Positions 49,731-63,538 are shown, counted from the stretch's first letter. The stretch is 64,000 bases of DNA from Escherichia coli (GCF_003790525.1 NZ_CP033635.1); one strand, 5' to 3'. Translations and numbers: made by a program. The notes: a model not told the origin generated them from the sequence alone.

Positions 49731-50720
49731 ATGCAGGGTTCTGTGACAGAGTTTCTAAAACCGCGCCTGGTTGATATCGAGCAAGTGAGTTCGACGCACG
49801 CCAAGGTGACCCTTGAGCCTTTAGAGCGTGGCTTTGGCCATACTCTGGGTAACGCACTGCGCCGTATTCTGCTCTCATCGATGCCGGGTTGCGCGGTGAC
49901 CGAGGTTGAGATTGATGGTGTACTACATGAGTACAGCACCAAAGAAGGCGTTCAGGAAGATATCCTGGAAATCCTGCTCAACCTGAAAGGGCTGGCGGTG
50001 AGAGTTCAGGGCAAAGATGAAGTTATTCTTACCTTGAATAAATCTGGCATTGGCCCTGTGACTGCAGCCGATATCACCCACGACGGTGATGTCGAAATCG
50101 TCAAGCCGCAGCACGTGATCTGCCACCTGACCGATGAGAACGCGTCTATTAGCATGCGTATCAAAGTTCAGCGCGGTCGTGGTTATGTGCCGGCTTCTAC
50201 CCGAATTCATTCGGAAGAAGATGAGCGCCCAATCGGCCGTCTGCTGGTCGACGCATGCTACAGCCCTGTGGAGCGTATTGCCTACAATGTTGAAGCAGCG
50301 CGTGTAGAACAGCGTACCGACCTGGACAAGCTGGTCATCGAAATGGAAACCAACGGCACAATCGATCCTGAAGAGGCGATTCGTCGTGCGGCAACCATTC
50401 TGGCTGAACAACTGGAAGCTTTCGTTGACTTACGTGATGTACGTCAGCCTGAAGTGAAAGAAGAGAAACCAGAGTTCGATCCGATCCTGCTGCGCCCTGT
50501 TGACGATCTGGAATTGACTGTCCGCTCTGCTAACTGCCTTAAAGCAGAAGCTATCCACTATATCGGTGATCTGGTACAGCGTACCGAGGTTGAGCTCCTT
50601 AAAACGCCTAACCTTGGTAAAAAATCTCTTACTGAGATTAAAGACGTGCTGGCTTCCCGTGGACTGTCTCTGGGCATGCGCCTGGAAAACTGGCCACCGG
50701 CAAGCATCGCTGACGAGTAA
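49731..50720 (+). CDS. rpoA: DNA-directed RNA polymerase alpha subunit
   Basis: 329-aa [48 protein letters not shown]... Confidence 0.98.
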
Positions 50721-50736
50721 CCGGATCACAGGTTAA

Positions 50737-51144
<408 letters not shown>

Positions 51145-51157
51145 TCTGAAGCAACGT

Positions 51158-51187
51158 AAAAAAACCCGCCCCGGCGGGTTTTTTTAT
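51158..51187 (+). terminator. Intrinsic terminator of the alpha operon
   Basis: AAAAAAA-CCCGCC-CC-GGCGGG-TTTTTTT. Confidence 0.75.
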
Positions 51188-51250
51188 ACCCGTAGTATCC
51201 CCACTTATCTACAATAGCTGTACTCTTTTTGTTCATCCCCTGGAGTATTT

Positions 51251-51619
51251 ATGTGGTTACTTGACCAGTGGGCAGAGCGTCATATTACTGAGGCACAATC
51301 CAAAGGTGAGTTTGATAATCTTCCGGGAAGTGGCGAGCCATTGATTCTGGATGATGATTCACACGTGCCACCGGAATTACGTGCGGGGTATCGCTTGCTG
51401 AAGAATGCCGGTTGCTTACCGCCAGAACTTGAGCAGCGTAGGGAAGCAATACAGCTTCTGGATATCCTCAAAGGTATCCGTCATGATGATCCGCAATATA
51501 AAGAGGTTAGTCGTCGATTGTCATTACTGGAATTGAAGCTGCGACAAGCTGGATTGAGTACCGATTTTTTACGCGGCGATTATGCTGACAAGTTGTTGGA
51601 CAAAATCTACGATAACTAG
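51251..51619 (+). CDS. yhdN: YhdN, protein of unknown function
   Basis: 122-aa ORF upstream of zntR. Confidence 0.85.
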   Translation: MWLLDQWAERHITEAQSKGEFDNLPGSGEPLILDDDSHVPPELRAGYRLLKNAGCLPPELEQRREAIQLLDILKGIRHDDPQYKEVSRRLSLLELKLRQAGLSTDFLRGDYADKLLDKIYDN

Positions 51620-51629
51620 TGGAGTATGT

Positions 51630-52055
51630 ATGTATCGCATTGGTGAGCTGGCAAAAATGGCGGAAGTAACACCCGACACGATTCGTTACTACGAAAAGCA
51701 GCAGATGATGGAGCATGAAGTACGCACCGAAGGTGGGTTTCGCCTGTATACCGAAAGCGATCTCCAGCGATTGAAATTTATCCGCCATGCCAGACAACTT
51801 GGTTTCAGTCTGGAGTCGATCCGCGAGTTGCTGTCGATCCGTATCGATCCTGAACACCATACCTGTCAGGAGTCAAAAGGCATTGTGCAGGAAAGATTAC
51901 AGGAAGTCGAAGCACGGATAGCCGAGTTGCAGAGTATGCAGCGTTCCTTGCAACGCCTTAACGATGCCTGTTGTGGGACCGCTCATAGCAGTGTTTATTG
52001 CTCGATTCTTGAAGCTCTTGAACAAGGGGCGAGTGGCGTTAAGAGTGGCTGTTGA
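51630..52055 (+). CDS. zntR: Zn(II)-responsive MerR-family regulator ZntR
   Basis: 141 aa from the ATG at 51630 (MYRIGELAKMAEVTPDTIRYYEKQ...); C-terminal Cys cluster; the ORF-track start is an extension. Confidence 0.95.
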   Translation: MYRIGELAKMAEVTPDTIRYYEKQQMMEHEVRTEGGFRLYTESDLQRLKFIRHARQLGFSLESIRELLSIRIDPEHHTCQESKGIVQERLQEVEARIAELQSMQRSLQRLNDACCGTAHSSVYCSILEALEQGASGVKSGC

Positions 52056-52110
52056 TTTTTTGCTCTGGCAGGATTACACTCGCGCCGTTAAATAACCAAT
52101 TGGAGTTTTT

Positions 52111-52329
52111 ATGAGCCGATATCAGCATACTAAAGGGCAGATAAAGGATAATGCGATAGAAGCATTACTACATGATCCCTTATTCCGACAGCGCGTAGAG
52201 AGAAATAAGAAAGGGAAAGGCAGTTACATGCGAAAAGGAAAACATGGCAATCGGGGGAACTGGGAGGCCAGTGGCAAGAAAGTAAATCACTTTTTTACCA
52301 CTGGCCTTCTGCTTTCAGGCGCTTGTTAA
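52111..52329 (+). CDS. arfA: Alternative ribosome-rescue factor A (full-length reading frame)
   Basis: 72-aa [33 protein letters not shown]...; 3' end overlaps convergent mscL by 4 nt. Confidence 0.9.
   Translation: MSRYQHTKGQIKDNAIEALLHDPLFRQRVERNKKGKGSYMRKGKHGNRGNWEASGKKVNHFFTTGLLLSGAC
52266..52306 (+). promoter_or_regulatory. Hairpin inside the arfA 3' coding region (RNase III / non-stop regulatory element)
   Basis: Perfect 9-bp inverted repeat GGCCAGTGG...CCACTGGCC around a U-rich loop. Confidence 0.6.
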
Positions 52330-52736
52330 GAGCGGTTATTCTGCTCTTTCAGCAAATCACGAATTTCTGTCAGTAATACTTCTTCTTTAGTTGGTGCAGG
52401 CGCGGCTGCTGGTTCTTCTTTTTTCCGATTCAGTTTGTTGATTAGCTTAATCGCCATAAAGATGGCAAAGGCTACAATCAGAAAATCAAAGACGTTTTGA
52501 ATGAAGACACCGTAATGCATCACAACAGCAGGGATATCCCCCTGCGCATCGCGTAGCGTGACAGCAAACTGTTTGAAATCGATCCCGCCAATTAATAACC
52601 CCAGAGGTGGCATAATGATATCGGCAACCAGTGAAGATACAATCTTCCCGAATGCCGCACCGATAATGACACCCACCGCCAAATCCACCACGTTCCCGCG
52701 CATCGCAAATTCGCGAAATTCTTTAATAATGCTCAT
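52326..52736 (-). CDS. mscL: Large-conductance mechanosensitive channel
   Basis: 136-aa [54 protein letters not shown]... Confidence 0.97.
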
Positions 52737-52865
52737 GTTATTCTCCCTATGAAGCCGACAATCATAAGTCTAACAAATGTTAAGCTATTTTCCTGCCAGG
52801 AGTGAATTTAATTAATCCCTGATAATCAAAGGGAAATAATAAGGCGTCATTAGACGCCTTATTAA

Positions 52866-54242
52866 TTACAAGAAGAAAGGACTTGGCTGGAAGAGTCTTT
52901 CGACGTCGGTAATAAACTTTTTATCTGTGAGGAACATAATTACGTGATCGCCTTGCTCAATGCGCAGATTGTCATTGGCAATCATCACATCGTTTCCACG
53001 TACCACCGCTCCAATAATCGTTCCTGGCGGTAGCTTGATTTCGTCAATGACTCTGCCGACAACGCGTGAGGTGCTTTCATCACCGTGAGCAACGGCTTCA
53101 ATAGCTTCTGCTACGCCGCGGCGCAGTGAGGAAACACCAACAATATCAGCTTTTCGCACATGGCTAAGCAACGCAGAAATAGTTGCTTGTTGCGGTGAAA
53201 TCGCAATATCGATCACGCTCCCCTGAACCAGATCCACATAAGCGCGACGCTGGATCAATACCATCACCTTTTTCGCACCCATACGTTTGGCAAGCATGGC
53301 GGACATGATATTGGCTTCGTCATCGTTGGTGACAGCAATAAACAGATCAACTTGATCGATATGTTCTTCGGCCAGCAGTTCTTGATCCGACGCATCACCA
53401 AAAAAGACGATCGTATTCTGCAACTTTTCCGCCAGTTCGGCAGCGCGCTGCTGATTACGTTCGATGAGTTTGACGCTGTAATCTTTTTCCAGACGACGCG
53501 CCAGCCCTGCACCGATATTACCACCACCAACCAGCATGATCCGCTTATACGGTTTTTCCAGTCGCTGTAATTCACTCATCACCGCGCGGATATGCTGTGA
53601 AGCGGCAATAAAGAACACTTCATCACCAGCTTCAACAATGGTCGAACCTTGCGGACGAATGGGGCGATCATGGCGGAAAATTGCTGCCACACGAGTATCG
53701 ATATGTGGCATATGTTCGCGCATGGTCGAAAGTGCATTACCAATCAGCGGGCCGCCGTAATAGGCTTTAACCACAGCCAGGCTGACTTTACCCTCAGCGA
53801 AGTTTACCACCTGCAATGCGCCGGGATACTCAATCAGTCGGTAAATATTATCGATAACCAACTGCTCTGGTGCGATCAGATGATCAATCGGTACAGCATC
53901 TGAATGAAATAGCTTATCGGCATCGCGCACGTAGTCTGGTGAGCGGATACGAGCGATGCGATTAGGGGTGTTGAAAAGTGAGTAGGCTACCTGGCAGGCA
54001 ACCATATTGGTTTCATCTGAACTGGTTACAGCAACCAGCATATCGGCGTCGTCGGCACCTGCCTCCCGCAATACGCGTGGATGAGAGCCATGCCCCTGCA
54101 CGACTCGCAGGTCAAATTTATCCTGCAAGGTCCGCAGACGCTCACCGTTGGTATCGACAACAGTGATATCGTTGTTCTCGCCAACCAGGTTTTCCGCCAG
54201 TGTGCCGCCAACCTGGCCGGCACCCAGAATGATAATTTTCAT
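52866..54242 (-). CDS. trkA: Trk K+ uptake system NAD-binding component TrkA
   Basis: 458-aa ORF with two Rossmann GxGxxG motifs. Confidence 0.97.
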   Translation of the reverse strand: MKIIILGAGQVGGTLAENLVGENNDITVVDTNGERLRTLQDKFDLRVVQGHGSHPRVLREAGADDADMLVAVTSSDETNMVACQVAYSLFNTPNRIARIRSPDYVRDADKLFHSDAVPIDHLIAPEQLVIDNIYRLIEYPGALQVVNFAEGKVSLAVVKAYYGGPLIGNALSTMREHMPHIDTRVAAIFRHDRPIRPQGSTIVEAGDEVFFIAASQHIRAVMSELQRLEKPYKRIMLVGGGNIGAGLARRLEKDYSVKLIERNQQRAAELAEKLQNTIVFFGDASDQELLAEEHIDQVDLFIAVTNDDEANIMSAMLAKRMGAKKVMVLIQRRAYVDLVQGSVIDIAISPQQATISALLSHVRKADIVGVSSLRRGVAEAIEAVAHGDESTSRVVGRVIDEIKLPPGTIIGAVVRGNDVMIANDNLRIEQGDHVIMFLTDKKFITDVERLFQPSPFFL

Positions 54243-54263
54243 CAGTCGCGACCCGTTATCTCA

Positions 54264-55553
54264 TCACTTTTTGATTAGCTTAGCGTAAAAGAAGCCGTCG
54301 CCCTCTTCGGCACCAGGTAGATTTTGTTTACCCGGTTGCTCTGGTGTTCCTGTTTCGCAAAGTTCGGCATCAGCAGTACGTTGCAAAAAGGCTTTAATCT
54401 GCAGGCTATTCTCTTCCGGTAACACCGAACAGGTGGCATAGACCAGGGTTCCACCGGATTTTAAATGCGGCCAAATGGCGTCGAGAATTTCAGACTGCAA
54501 TTGCGCGAGTTCCGGGATATCGCGATCGCGACGTAACCATTTAATATCCGGATGGCGACGAATCACACCGGTTGCTGAACAAGGCGCATCTAATAAAATG
54601 CGATCAAACTGTTGCTCGCCACACCATTGGGAAGGGTAACGGCCATCACCTTGTTTCACGGTTGCCTTCATACCAAGGCGTTTTAAATTGTCGTAAACGC
54701 GAGAGAGGCGCTGTTCGTCAATATCAACCGCAACAACCTGCGCTTCTGGTGCCACCTCAAGGATATGCGTTGTTTTACCGCCGGGGGCGGCACAAAGATC
54801 CAAAATGTGTTCACCGTTTTGTGGCGCAAGCCAGGTCATGCAACCTTGTGCTGAGGCATCCTGAACGGTAACCCATCCGTCTTCAAAACCAGGTAGCGCA
54901 TGAACAGGTGCAGGTGTTTCCAGACGTACAGCATCAGGGTAATCCGCATGCGGGAAACCTTTCATTCCTGCTTCATCCAGCAATGCAAGCCACCTGTCGC
55001 GGGAATGATGCGTACGATTAACGCGCAGCCACATTGGCGGACGCTGGTTATTGGCTTCGACGATGGATTGCCACTGCTCTGGATACGCTTTTTGCAGACG
55101 CTTCAGCAACCAGGAAGGATGCAGATAACGTGCATCACTGGCATTAAACTCGGCTAATAACTCTTCTTGCTGACGCTGGAACTGGCGTAATACACCGTTT
55201 ATCAACCCTTTAAGTTGCGGGCGCTTAATTGCGATAGCGCCTTCAACCGTTTCAGCCAGCGCGGCATGAGGTGGAATGCGGGTATAAAGCAGTTGATACA
55301 AACCAACCATAATCAGGTAATGAACAGTACGCTGTTTGCCTGTCATCGGACGGGCCATTAGCTTATTAATCAGCCAGTCTAACTGTGAAAGCGTACGCAG
55401 TACGCCAAAGCACAACTCTTGAAGAAGTGCTTTGTCTTTATCAGAAACTTTTTGCTGGAGCGGTGGCAGAATGTTGCTTAATGATTGCCCTTGCTCGACG
55501 ACTTGTTCAACGGCCTGGGCCGCCATGCTACGTAAATTACGTTGTTTTTTCAT
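54264..55553 (-). CDS. rsmB: 16S rRNA m5C967 methyltransferase RsmB
   Basis: 429 aa from the ATG at 55553 ([13 protein letters not shown]...); the ORF-track start is an extension. Confidence 0.93.
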   Translation of the reverse strand: MKKQRNLRSMAAQAVEQVVEQGQSLSNILPPLQQKVSDKDKALLQELCFGVLRTLSQLDWLINKLMARPMTGKQRTVHYLIMVGLYQLLYTRIPPHAALAETVEGAIAIKRPQLKGLINGVLRQFQRQQEELLAEFNASDARYLHPSWLLKRLQKAYPEQWQSIVEANNQRPPMWLRVNRTHHSRDRWLALLDEAGMKGFPHADYPDAVRLETPAPVHALPGFEDGWVTVQDASAQGCMTWLAPQNGEHILDLCAAPGGKTTHILEVAPEAQVVAVDIDEQRLSRVYDNLKRLGMKATVKQGDGRYPSQWCGEQQFDRILLDAPCSATGVIRRHPDIKWLRRDRDIPELAQLQSEILDAIWPHLKSGGTLVYATCSVLPEENSLQIKAFLQRTADAELCETGTPEQPGKQNLPGAEEGDGFFYAKLIKK

Positions 55554-55598
55554 AAGTATAAAAATGCCCGGCAAGACCGGGCTTAGAAGAGTGGACTA

Positions 55599-56546
55599 TC
55601 AGGCCAGACGGTTGCCCGGAACAAACCATTCCCGACGAGAATTCAGGAGGTCTTGTGCGCTCATCGCTTTCTTACCCGCAGGTTGCAACGAGAGCAGATT
55701 CAGGATGCCATCACCGGTCGCGACCTGAATGCCTTGTTTGCTGGCTTCAAGGATTGTTCCTGGCGCAGACTTTGTCACCGTATCAATGACCGACGCTTTC
55801 CAGACCTTAACAGGCTGGCCTTCAATTTCCAGCCAGCTCATTGGCCATGGATTGAAAGCGCGAATGCAGCGTTCAAGCTGTGCTGCCGAAAGTGACCAGT
55901 CAATACGCGCTTCTTCTTTACTCAACTTCTCTGCGTAAGTGACAAGAGTTTCGTCCTGAACTTCTGGTTTCGCCGTGCCGTCTGCCAATTGTTTCAATGT
56001 GGTGATAAGCCCTTGTGGGCCAAGCTCTGCCAGCTTGTCGTACAGCGTACCACTGGTATCTTCTGCAGTAATCGGGCTGGAGAGCTTATAGAGCATGTCA
56101 CCGGTGTCTAAACCAACATCCATTTGCATAATGGTCACACCAGTTTCTGCATCACCCGCCCATAGTGAGCGTTGGATTGGTGCAGCACCGCGCCAGCGTG
56201 GCAGCAGTGAACCATGAACGTTGATACAGCCAAGACGCGGCATCTCCAGCACGGCTTTAGGCAGAATTAAGCCATAGGCGACGACAACCATAACATCAGC
56301 CTGTAGATCGGCGACCAGTTGCTGGTTTTCTTGTGGACGCAGGGAAACCGGTTGAAAAACGGGCAGACCTTTTTCCTCAGCCAGAACTTTAACCGGGCTG
56401 GGCATCAGTTTTTTACCGCGTCCTGCCGGTCGGTCTGGCTGGGTGAACACGCCAACGACGTTATGACCAGAAGACAACAGCGCGTCGAGATGACGCGCTG
56501 CAAAGTCAGGTGTACCCGCAAAAATAATACGTAGTGATTCTGACAC
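55599..56546 (-). CDS. fmt: Methionyl-tRNA formyltransferase
   Basis: 315-aa [23 protein letters not shown]... Confidence 0.97.
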   Translation of the reverse strand: MSESLRIIFAGTPDFAARHLDALLSSGHNVVGVFTQPDRPAGRGKKLMPSPVKVLAEEKGLPVFQPVSLRPQENQQLVADLQADVMVVVAYGLILPKAVLEMPRLGCINVHGSLLPRWRGAAPIQRSLWAGDAETGVTIMQMDVGLDTGDMLYKLSSPITAEDTSGTLYDKLAELGPQGLITTLKQLADGTAKPEVQDETLVTYAEKLSKEEARIDWSLSAAQLERCIRAFNPWPMSWLEIEGQPVKVWKASVIDTVTKSAPGTILEASKQGIQVATGDGILNLLSLQPAGKKAMSAQDLLNSRREWFVPGNRLA

Positions 56547-56560
56547 GTTAGTTCTTATCC

Positions 56561-57070
56561 TTAAGCCCGGGCTTTCAGACGATCCAGTTTTTCAACTTTC
56601 TGACGAATACGTTGTTGTTTCAGCGGTGACAGATAATCCATAAACAGTTTGCCGACCAGGTGATCCATCTCATGCTGAATACAGATGGCTAACAGACCCT
56701 CTGCTTCCAGTTCAAATGGTTTACCGTCGCGGTCCAGGGCGCGAATTTTAACTTTCTCTGCGCGCGGCACTAAAGCACGTTGTTCAGGGATCGACAGGCA
56801 TCCTTCTTCAATGCCTGTTTCGCCGCTTTTTTCTAAAAGCTCCGGATTGATTAACACCAGCCGTTCGTCACGGTTTTCCGAAACATCAATAACAATGATA
56901 CGTTGATGGATATCGACCTGGGTTGCCGCCAGGCCAATACCTTCTTCTGCGTACATCGTCTCGAACATATCATCGACGATACGCTGAATTTCTGCATTCA
57001 CTTCTTCTACCGGTTTAGCAACTTTGCGAAGCCGCTCGTCCGGAATATGTAACACTTGCAAAACTGACAT
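56561..57070 (-). CDS. def: Peptide deformylase
   Basis: 169-aa ORF with [13 protein letters not shown] and HEMDHL motifs. Confidence 0.98.
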
Positions 57071-57199
57071 AAATCTCCAGAGATGTGTTCAGGAGTTAGA
57101 AAGATTATTTCTTCTATTCTAGACAAATCCCCCTCTGATTGACAGCATCACTGACCAATCGCAAAGATTGCTAAGGCTGCTTATGGCAGGGAGATAAGG

Positions 57200-58324
57200 A
57201 TGGTCGATACAGAAATTTGGCTGCGTTTAATGAGCATCAGCAGCTTGTACGGCGATGATATGGTCCGTATAGCTCACTGGCTGGCAAAACAGTCGCATAT
57301 TGATGCGGTTGTATTGCAGCAAACTGGGCTTACATTGCGGCAGGCACAACGCTTTCTTTCATTTCCGCGAAAGAGTATCGAAAGCTCACTTTCTTGGTTG
57401 GAGCAACCCAACCATCATTTAATTCCTGCGGACAGCGAATTTTATCCTCCTCAACTTCTTGCGACGACAGATTACCCCGGCGCACTGTTTGTTGAAGGAG
57501 AACTGCACGCGCTGCATTCATTTCAGCTTGCCGTAGTGGGGAGTCGGGCGCATTCATGGTATGGCGAACGCTGGGGACGATTATTTTGCGAAACTCTGGC
57601 GACGCGTGGAGTGACAATTACGAGTGGACTGGCGCGTGGAATCGATGGTGTGGCGCATAAAGCGGCCTTACAGGTAAATGGCGTCAGCATTGCTGTATTA
57701 GGGAATGGACTTAATACCATTCATCCGCGTCGCCATGCCCGACTGGCTACCAGTTTGCTTGAACATGGTGGGGCTCTTGTCTCGGAATTTCCCCTCGATG
57801 TTCCTCCCCTTGCTTACAATTTCCCACGAAGAAATCGCATTATCAGTGGTCTAAGTAAAGGTGTACTGGTGGTGGAAGCGGCTTTGCGCAGTGGTTCGCT
57901 GGTGACAGCACGTTGTGCGCTTGAGCAGGGGCGTGAAGTTTTTGCCTTGCCGGGTCCATTAGGGAATCCGGGAAGCGAAGGGCCTCACTGGTTAATAAAA
58001 CAAGGTGCGATTCTTGTGACGGAACCGGAAGAAATTCTGGAAAACTTGCAATTTGGATTGCACTGGTTGCCAGACGCCCCTGAAAATTCATTTTATTCAC
58101 CAGATCAGGAAGACGTGGCATTGCCATTTCCTGAGCTCCTGGCTAACGTAGGAGATGAGGTAACACCTGTTGACGTCGTCGCTGAACGTGCCGGCCAACC
58201 TGTGCCAGAGGTAGTAACTCAACTACTCGAACTGGAGTTAGCAGGATGGATCGCAGCTGTACCCGGCGGCTATGTCCGATTGAGGAGGGCATGCCATGTT
58301 CGACGTACTAATGTATTTGTTTGA
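57200..58324 (+). CDS. dprA: DNA-processing protein DprA (Smf)
   Basis: 374-aa ORF divergent from def. Confidence 0.9.
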
Positions 58325-58769
58325 AACCTATATTCACACAGAAGCTGAGTTGCGTGTGGATCAAGACAAACTTGAACAGGATCTTACCGACGCAGGATTT
58401 GATCGAGAAGATATCTACAATGCCCTGCTTTGGCTGGAAAAGCTTGCGGATTATCAGGAAGGACTGGCAGAACCGATGCAACTGGCCTCTGATCCACTCT
58501 CCATGCGTATTTATACCCCTGAAGAGTGTGAAAGGCTGGATGCCAGCTGTCGTGGTTTTCTGCTTTTCCTTGAGCAAATTCAGGTGCTTAACCTTGAAAC
58601 CCGTGAAATGGTGATAGAGCGAGTGCTCGCGCTGGATACCGCAGAGTTCGACCTGGAAGACCTGAAATGGGTAATCCTGATGGTGTTGTTCAATATTCCG
58701 GGCTGCGAAAATGCGTACCAGCAAATGGAAGAATTACTCTTTGAAGTGAATGAAGGTATGCTGCATTAA
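58296..58769 (+). CDS. smg: Smg protein (DUF494)
   Basis: 157-aa ORF; start overlaps the dprA 3' end by 29 nt. Confidence 0.9.
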
Positions 58770-58797
58770 TCATTTCTTTAATTCAGCATAAGTTGTT

Positions 58798-59340
58798 ATG
58801 GCGAAATCAGCACTGTTCACGGTGCGTAATAATGAGTCCTGCCCAAAGTGCGGGGCTGAACTGGTTATTCGATCCGGGAAACACGGTCCGTTTCTTGGAT
58901 GCTCACAGTATCCGGCGTGTGACTACGTCCGTCCTCTGAAATCTTCAGCGGATGGACATATTGTCAAAGTTCTGGAGGGGCAGGTTTGCCCTGCATGTGG
59001 CGCACATCTGGTATTACGCCAGGGACGCTTTGGTATGTTTATTGGTTGCAGTAACTACCCTGAATGCGAACATACCGAACTTATCGATAAACCGGACGAA
59101 ACAGCAATTACATGCCCCCAATGCCGGACGGGCCATCTGGTCCAGCGCCGCACCCGTTATGGCAAAACGTTTCACTCCTGTGATCGCTACCCGGAGTGTC
59201 AATTTGCCATTAACTTCAAACCCATAGCTGGAGAATGCCCTGAGTGTCATTATCCGCTACTCATCGAAAAGAAAACCGCGCAGGGTGTAAAACACTTTTG
59301 TGCCAGTAAACAATGTGGAAAGCCGGTTTCGGCGGAATAA
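58798..59340 (+). CDS. yrdD: YrdD, zinc-ribbon protein related to the topoisomerase I C-terminal domain
   Basis: 180-aa ORF with repeated CPxCG/CxxYPxC zinc-ribbon modules. Confidence 0.88.
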   Translation: MAKSALFTVRNNESCPKCGAELVIRSGKHGPFLGCSQYPACDYVRPLKSSADGHIVKVLEGQVCPACGAHLVLRQGRFGMFIGCSNYPECEHTELIDKPDETAITCPQCRTGHLVQRRTRYGKTFHSCDRYPECQFAINFKPIAGECPECHYPLLIEKKTAQGVKHFCASKQCGKPVSAE

Positions 59341-59344
59341 TAAC

Positions 59345-59917
59345 GTGAATAATAACCTGCAAGGAGACGCTATCGCAGCTGCGATAGATGTCCTCAATGA
59401 AGAACGTGTCATCGCCTATCCAACGGAAGCCGTTTTCGGTGTCGGGTGCGATCCTGATAGCGAAACAGCAGTGATGCGACTGTTGGAGTTAAAACAGCGT
59501 CCGGTTGATAAGGGGCTGATTCTAATCGCCGCAAATTACGAGCAGCTTAAACCCTATATTGATGACACCATGCTGACTGACGCGCAGCGTGAAACTATAT
59601 TTTCTCGCTGGCCAGGTCCTGTCACCTTTGTTTTTCCCGCGCCTGCGACAACACCGCGCTGGTTGACGGGCCGCTTTGATTCGCTTGCTGTACGAGTCAC
59701 CGACCATCCGTTGGTGGTTGCTTTGTGCCAGGCTTATGGTAAACCGCTGGTTTCTACCAGTGCCAACTTGAGTGGATTGCCGCCTTGTCGAACAGTAGAC
59801 GAAGTTCGCGCACAATTTGGCGCGGCGTTCCCGGTTGTGCCTGGTGAAACGGGGGGGCGTTTAAATCCTTCAGAAATCCGCGATGCCCTGACGGGTGAAC
59901 TGTTTCGACAGGGGTAA
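59345..59917 (+). CDS. tsaC: tRNA threonylcarbamoyladenosine biosynthesis protein TsaC
   Basis: 190 aa from the GTG at 59345 ([33 protein letters not shown]...); the ORF-track start is an extension. Confidence 0.9.
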
Positions 59918-59921
59918 CATA

Positions 59922-60740
59922 ATGGAAACCTATGCTGTTTTTGGTAATCCGATAGCCCACAGCAAATCGCCATTCATTCATCAGCAATTTGCTCAGCAAC
60001 TGAATATTGAACATCCCTATGGGCGCGTGTTGGCACCCATCAATGATTTCATCAACACACTGAACGCTTTCTTTAGTGCTGGTGGTAAAGGTGCGAATGT
60101 GACGGTACCTTTTAAAGAAGAGGCTTTTGCCAGAGCGGATGAGCTTACTGAACGGGCAACGTTGGCTGGTGCTGTTAATACCCTCAAGCGGTTAGAAGAT
60201 GGACGCCTGCTGGGTGACAATACCGATGGTATAGGTTTGTTAAGCGATCTGGAACGTCTGTCTTTTATCCGTCCTGGTTTACGTATTCTGCTCATTGGCG
60301 CTGGTGGAGCATCTCGCGGCGTACTACTGCCACTCCTTTCCCTGGACTGTGCGGTGACAATCACTAATCGGACGGTATCCCGCGCGGAAGAGTTGGCTAA
60401 ATTGTTTGCGCACACTGGCAGTATTCACGCGTTGGGTATGGACGAACTGGAAGGTCATGAGTTCGATCTCATTATTAATGCAACATCCAGTGGCATCAGT
60501 GGTGATATTCCCGCGATCCCGGCATCGCTCATTCATTCAGGCATGTGTTGCTATGACATGTTCTATCAGAAAGGAAAAACACCTTTTCTGGCATGGTGTG
60601 AGCTGCGAGGTTCAAAGCGTAATGCGGATGGATTGGGGATGCTGGTGGCACAGGCGGCTCATGCCTTTCTTCTCTGGCACGGTGTTCTGCCTGACATAGA
60701 ACCAGTTATAAAGCAATTGCAGGAGGAGTTGTCCGCGTGA
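59922..60740 (+). CDS. aroE: Shikimate dehydrogenase
   Basis: 272 aa from the ATG at 59922 ([20 protein letters not shown]...). Confidence 0.95.
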   Translation: METYAVFGNPIAHSKSPFIHQQFAQQLNIEHPYGRVLAPINDFINTLNAFFSAGGKGANVTVPFKEEAFARADELTERATLAGAVNTLKRLEDGRLLGDNTDGIGLLSDLERLSFIRPGLRILLIGAGGASRGVLLPLLSLDCAVTITNRTVSRAEELAKLFAHTGSIHALGMDELEGHEFDLIINATSSGISGDIPAIPASLIHSGMCCYDMFYQKGKTPFLAWCELRGSKRNADGLGMLVAQAAHAFLLWHGVLPDIEPVIKQLQEELSA

Positions 60741-60994
60741 ATCAGGCCATCCAGTTTCCGGACAGGGAAGAGTGGAACGAGAGTAAAAAATGCGTTTGTT
60801 TTCCCGCTCTTGTAAATGGTATGCAGCTCACTTGCGCTATTACTGGAGAGAGTCTGGCGAACCGCTTTGCAGGAGATACGCCAGAACAGTGGTTAGCGAG
60901 TTTTCGTCAGCATCGCTGGGACCTGGAAGAAGAAGCGGAAAACTTAATTCAGGAACAAAGTGAAGATGATCAAGGTTGGGTGTGGTTACCCTGA
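60737..60994 (+). CDS. yrdB: YrdB, small protein (DUF1488)
   Basis: 85-aa ORF; start overlaps aroE stop. Confidence 0.85.
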   Translation: MNQAIQFPDREEWNESKKCVCFPALVNGMQLTCAITGESLANRFAGDTPEQWLASFRQHRWDLEEEAENLIQEQSEDDQGWVWLP

Positions 60995-61524
60995 TCCATA
61001 TATTCGTCCTTCCATTTCACGTAGTTATTTGCGGAATAGCGTAACCCAGCCTTCTCTTCATCACTTAACGGGCGGATCTGTTTGACGGGGCTACCGAGAT
61101 ACAGATATCCGCTCTCCAGCCGTTTATTTTGTGGGACCAGGCTACCCGCACCAATCATCACATCATCTTCTACTATTGCGCCATCAAGTAAAATTGAGCC
61201 CATCCCAACCAAAACTCGATTGCCAATGGTGCAGCCGTGGAGCATCACCTTGTGACCAACAGTGACATCTTCGCCAATGGTTAATGGGTTGCCAGCTGGG
61301 TTGTACGAGGATTTATGAGTGACATGCAACATACTGCCATCCTGGATATTGGTGCGTGCTCCGATCTGTACATAATGTACATCTCCACGAATCACAACGA
61401 GCGGCCAGATCCCCACATCATCAGCCAGACGAACGTCACCAATCACGACGCTGCTATCGTCGATCATTACGCGCTGACCGATTTGTGGAAAAAGATCGCG
61501 GTATGGGCGTAAAACATCAGACAT
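60970..61524 (-). CDS. yrdA: YrdA, gamma-carbonic-anhydrase-like hexapeptide-repeat protein
   Basis: 184 aa from the ATG at 61524 (MSDVLRPYRDLFPQIGQRVMIDDSSVVIGDV...); the 293-aa ORF-track version runs on through the rrn promoter region. Confidence 0.88.
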   Translation of the reverse strand: MSDVLRPYRDLFPQIGQRVMIDDSSVVIGDVRLADDVGIWPLVVIRGDVHYVQIGARTNIQDGSMLHVTHKSSYNPAGNPLTIGEDVTVGHKVMLHGCTIGNRVLVGMGSILLDGAIVEDDVMIGAGSLVPQNKRLESGYLYLGSPVKQIRPLSDEEKAGLRYSANNYVKWKDEYMDQGNHTQP

Positions 61525-61676
61525 ACTCACCTCAACAATAAATGATTTCCTAATGACTTTGGGTGTATTATTGGCCTTGTGCAAGTCTTTTAGCATGCAA
61601 AAAAGCACCGTTTTGTGTGCGAATGCAGCAAAAAGGGTGAAAAAGCAACAAACAGAAAAAAAGATCAAAAAAGTAC

Positions 61677-61704
61677 TTGTGCAAAAAATTGGGATCCCTA
61701 TAAT
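61677..61704 (+). promoter_or_regulatory. rrnD P1 promoter (-35 TTGTGC, 16-bp spacer, -10 TATAAT)
   Basis: Hexamers with optimal spacing, A-rich UP-element-like sequence upstream, GC-rich discriminator GCGCC. Confidence 0.7.
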
Positions 61705-61784
61705 GCGCCTCCGTTGAGACGACAACGTGAAACACTTCACAAGATGGTCGTAACAACAAAGAGAAAAAATCCTGAAATTCAGGG

Positions 61785-61812
61785 TTGACTCTGAAAGAGG
61801 AAAGCGTAATAT
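61785..61812 (+). promoter_or_regulatory. rrnD P2 promoter (-35 TTGACT, 16-bp spacer, -10 TAATAT)
   Basis: Hexamers about 110 bp downstream of P1, as in E. coli rrn operons. Confidence 0.65.
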
Positions 61813-61852
61813 ACGCCACCTCGCGACAGTGAGCTGAAGGCCGCGTCGCAAC

Positions 61853-61870
61853 TGCTCTTTAACAATTTAT
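61853..61870 (+). promoter_or_regulatory. rrn leader boxA antitermination element
   Basis: TGCTCTTTAACAATTTATCA matches the boxA consensus. Confidence 0.7.
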
Positions 61871-61996
61871 CAGACAATCTGTGTGGGCACTCGAAGATAC
61901 GGATTCTTAACGTCGCAAGACGAAAAATGAATACCAAGTCTCAAGAGTGAACACGTAATTCATTACGAAGTTTAATTCTTTGAGCATCAAACTTTT

Positions 61997-63538
<1,542 letters not shown>

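Noticed and set aside
60970-61851. 293-aa version of yrdA extending through the rrnD promoter region
   Set aside because: The conserved YrdA sequence begins at the internal ATG at 61524; the upstream part is low-complexity and covers the rrn P1/P2 promoter DNA.
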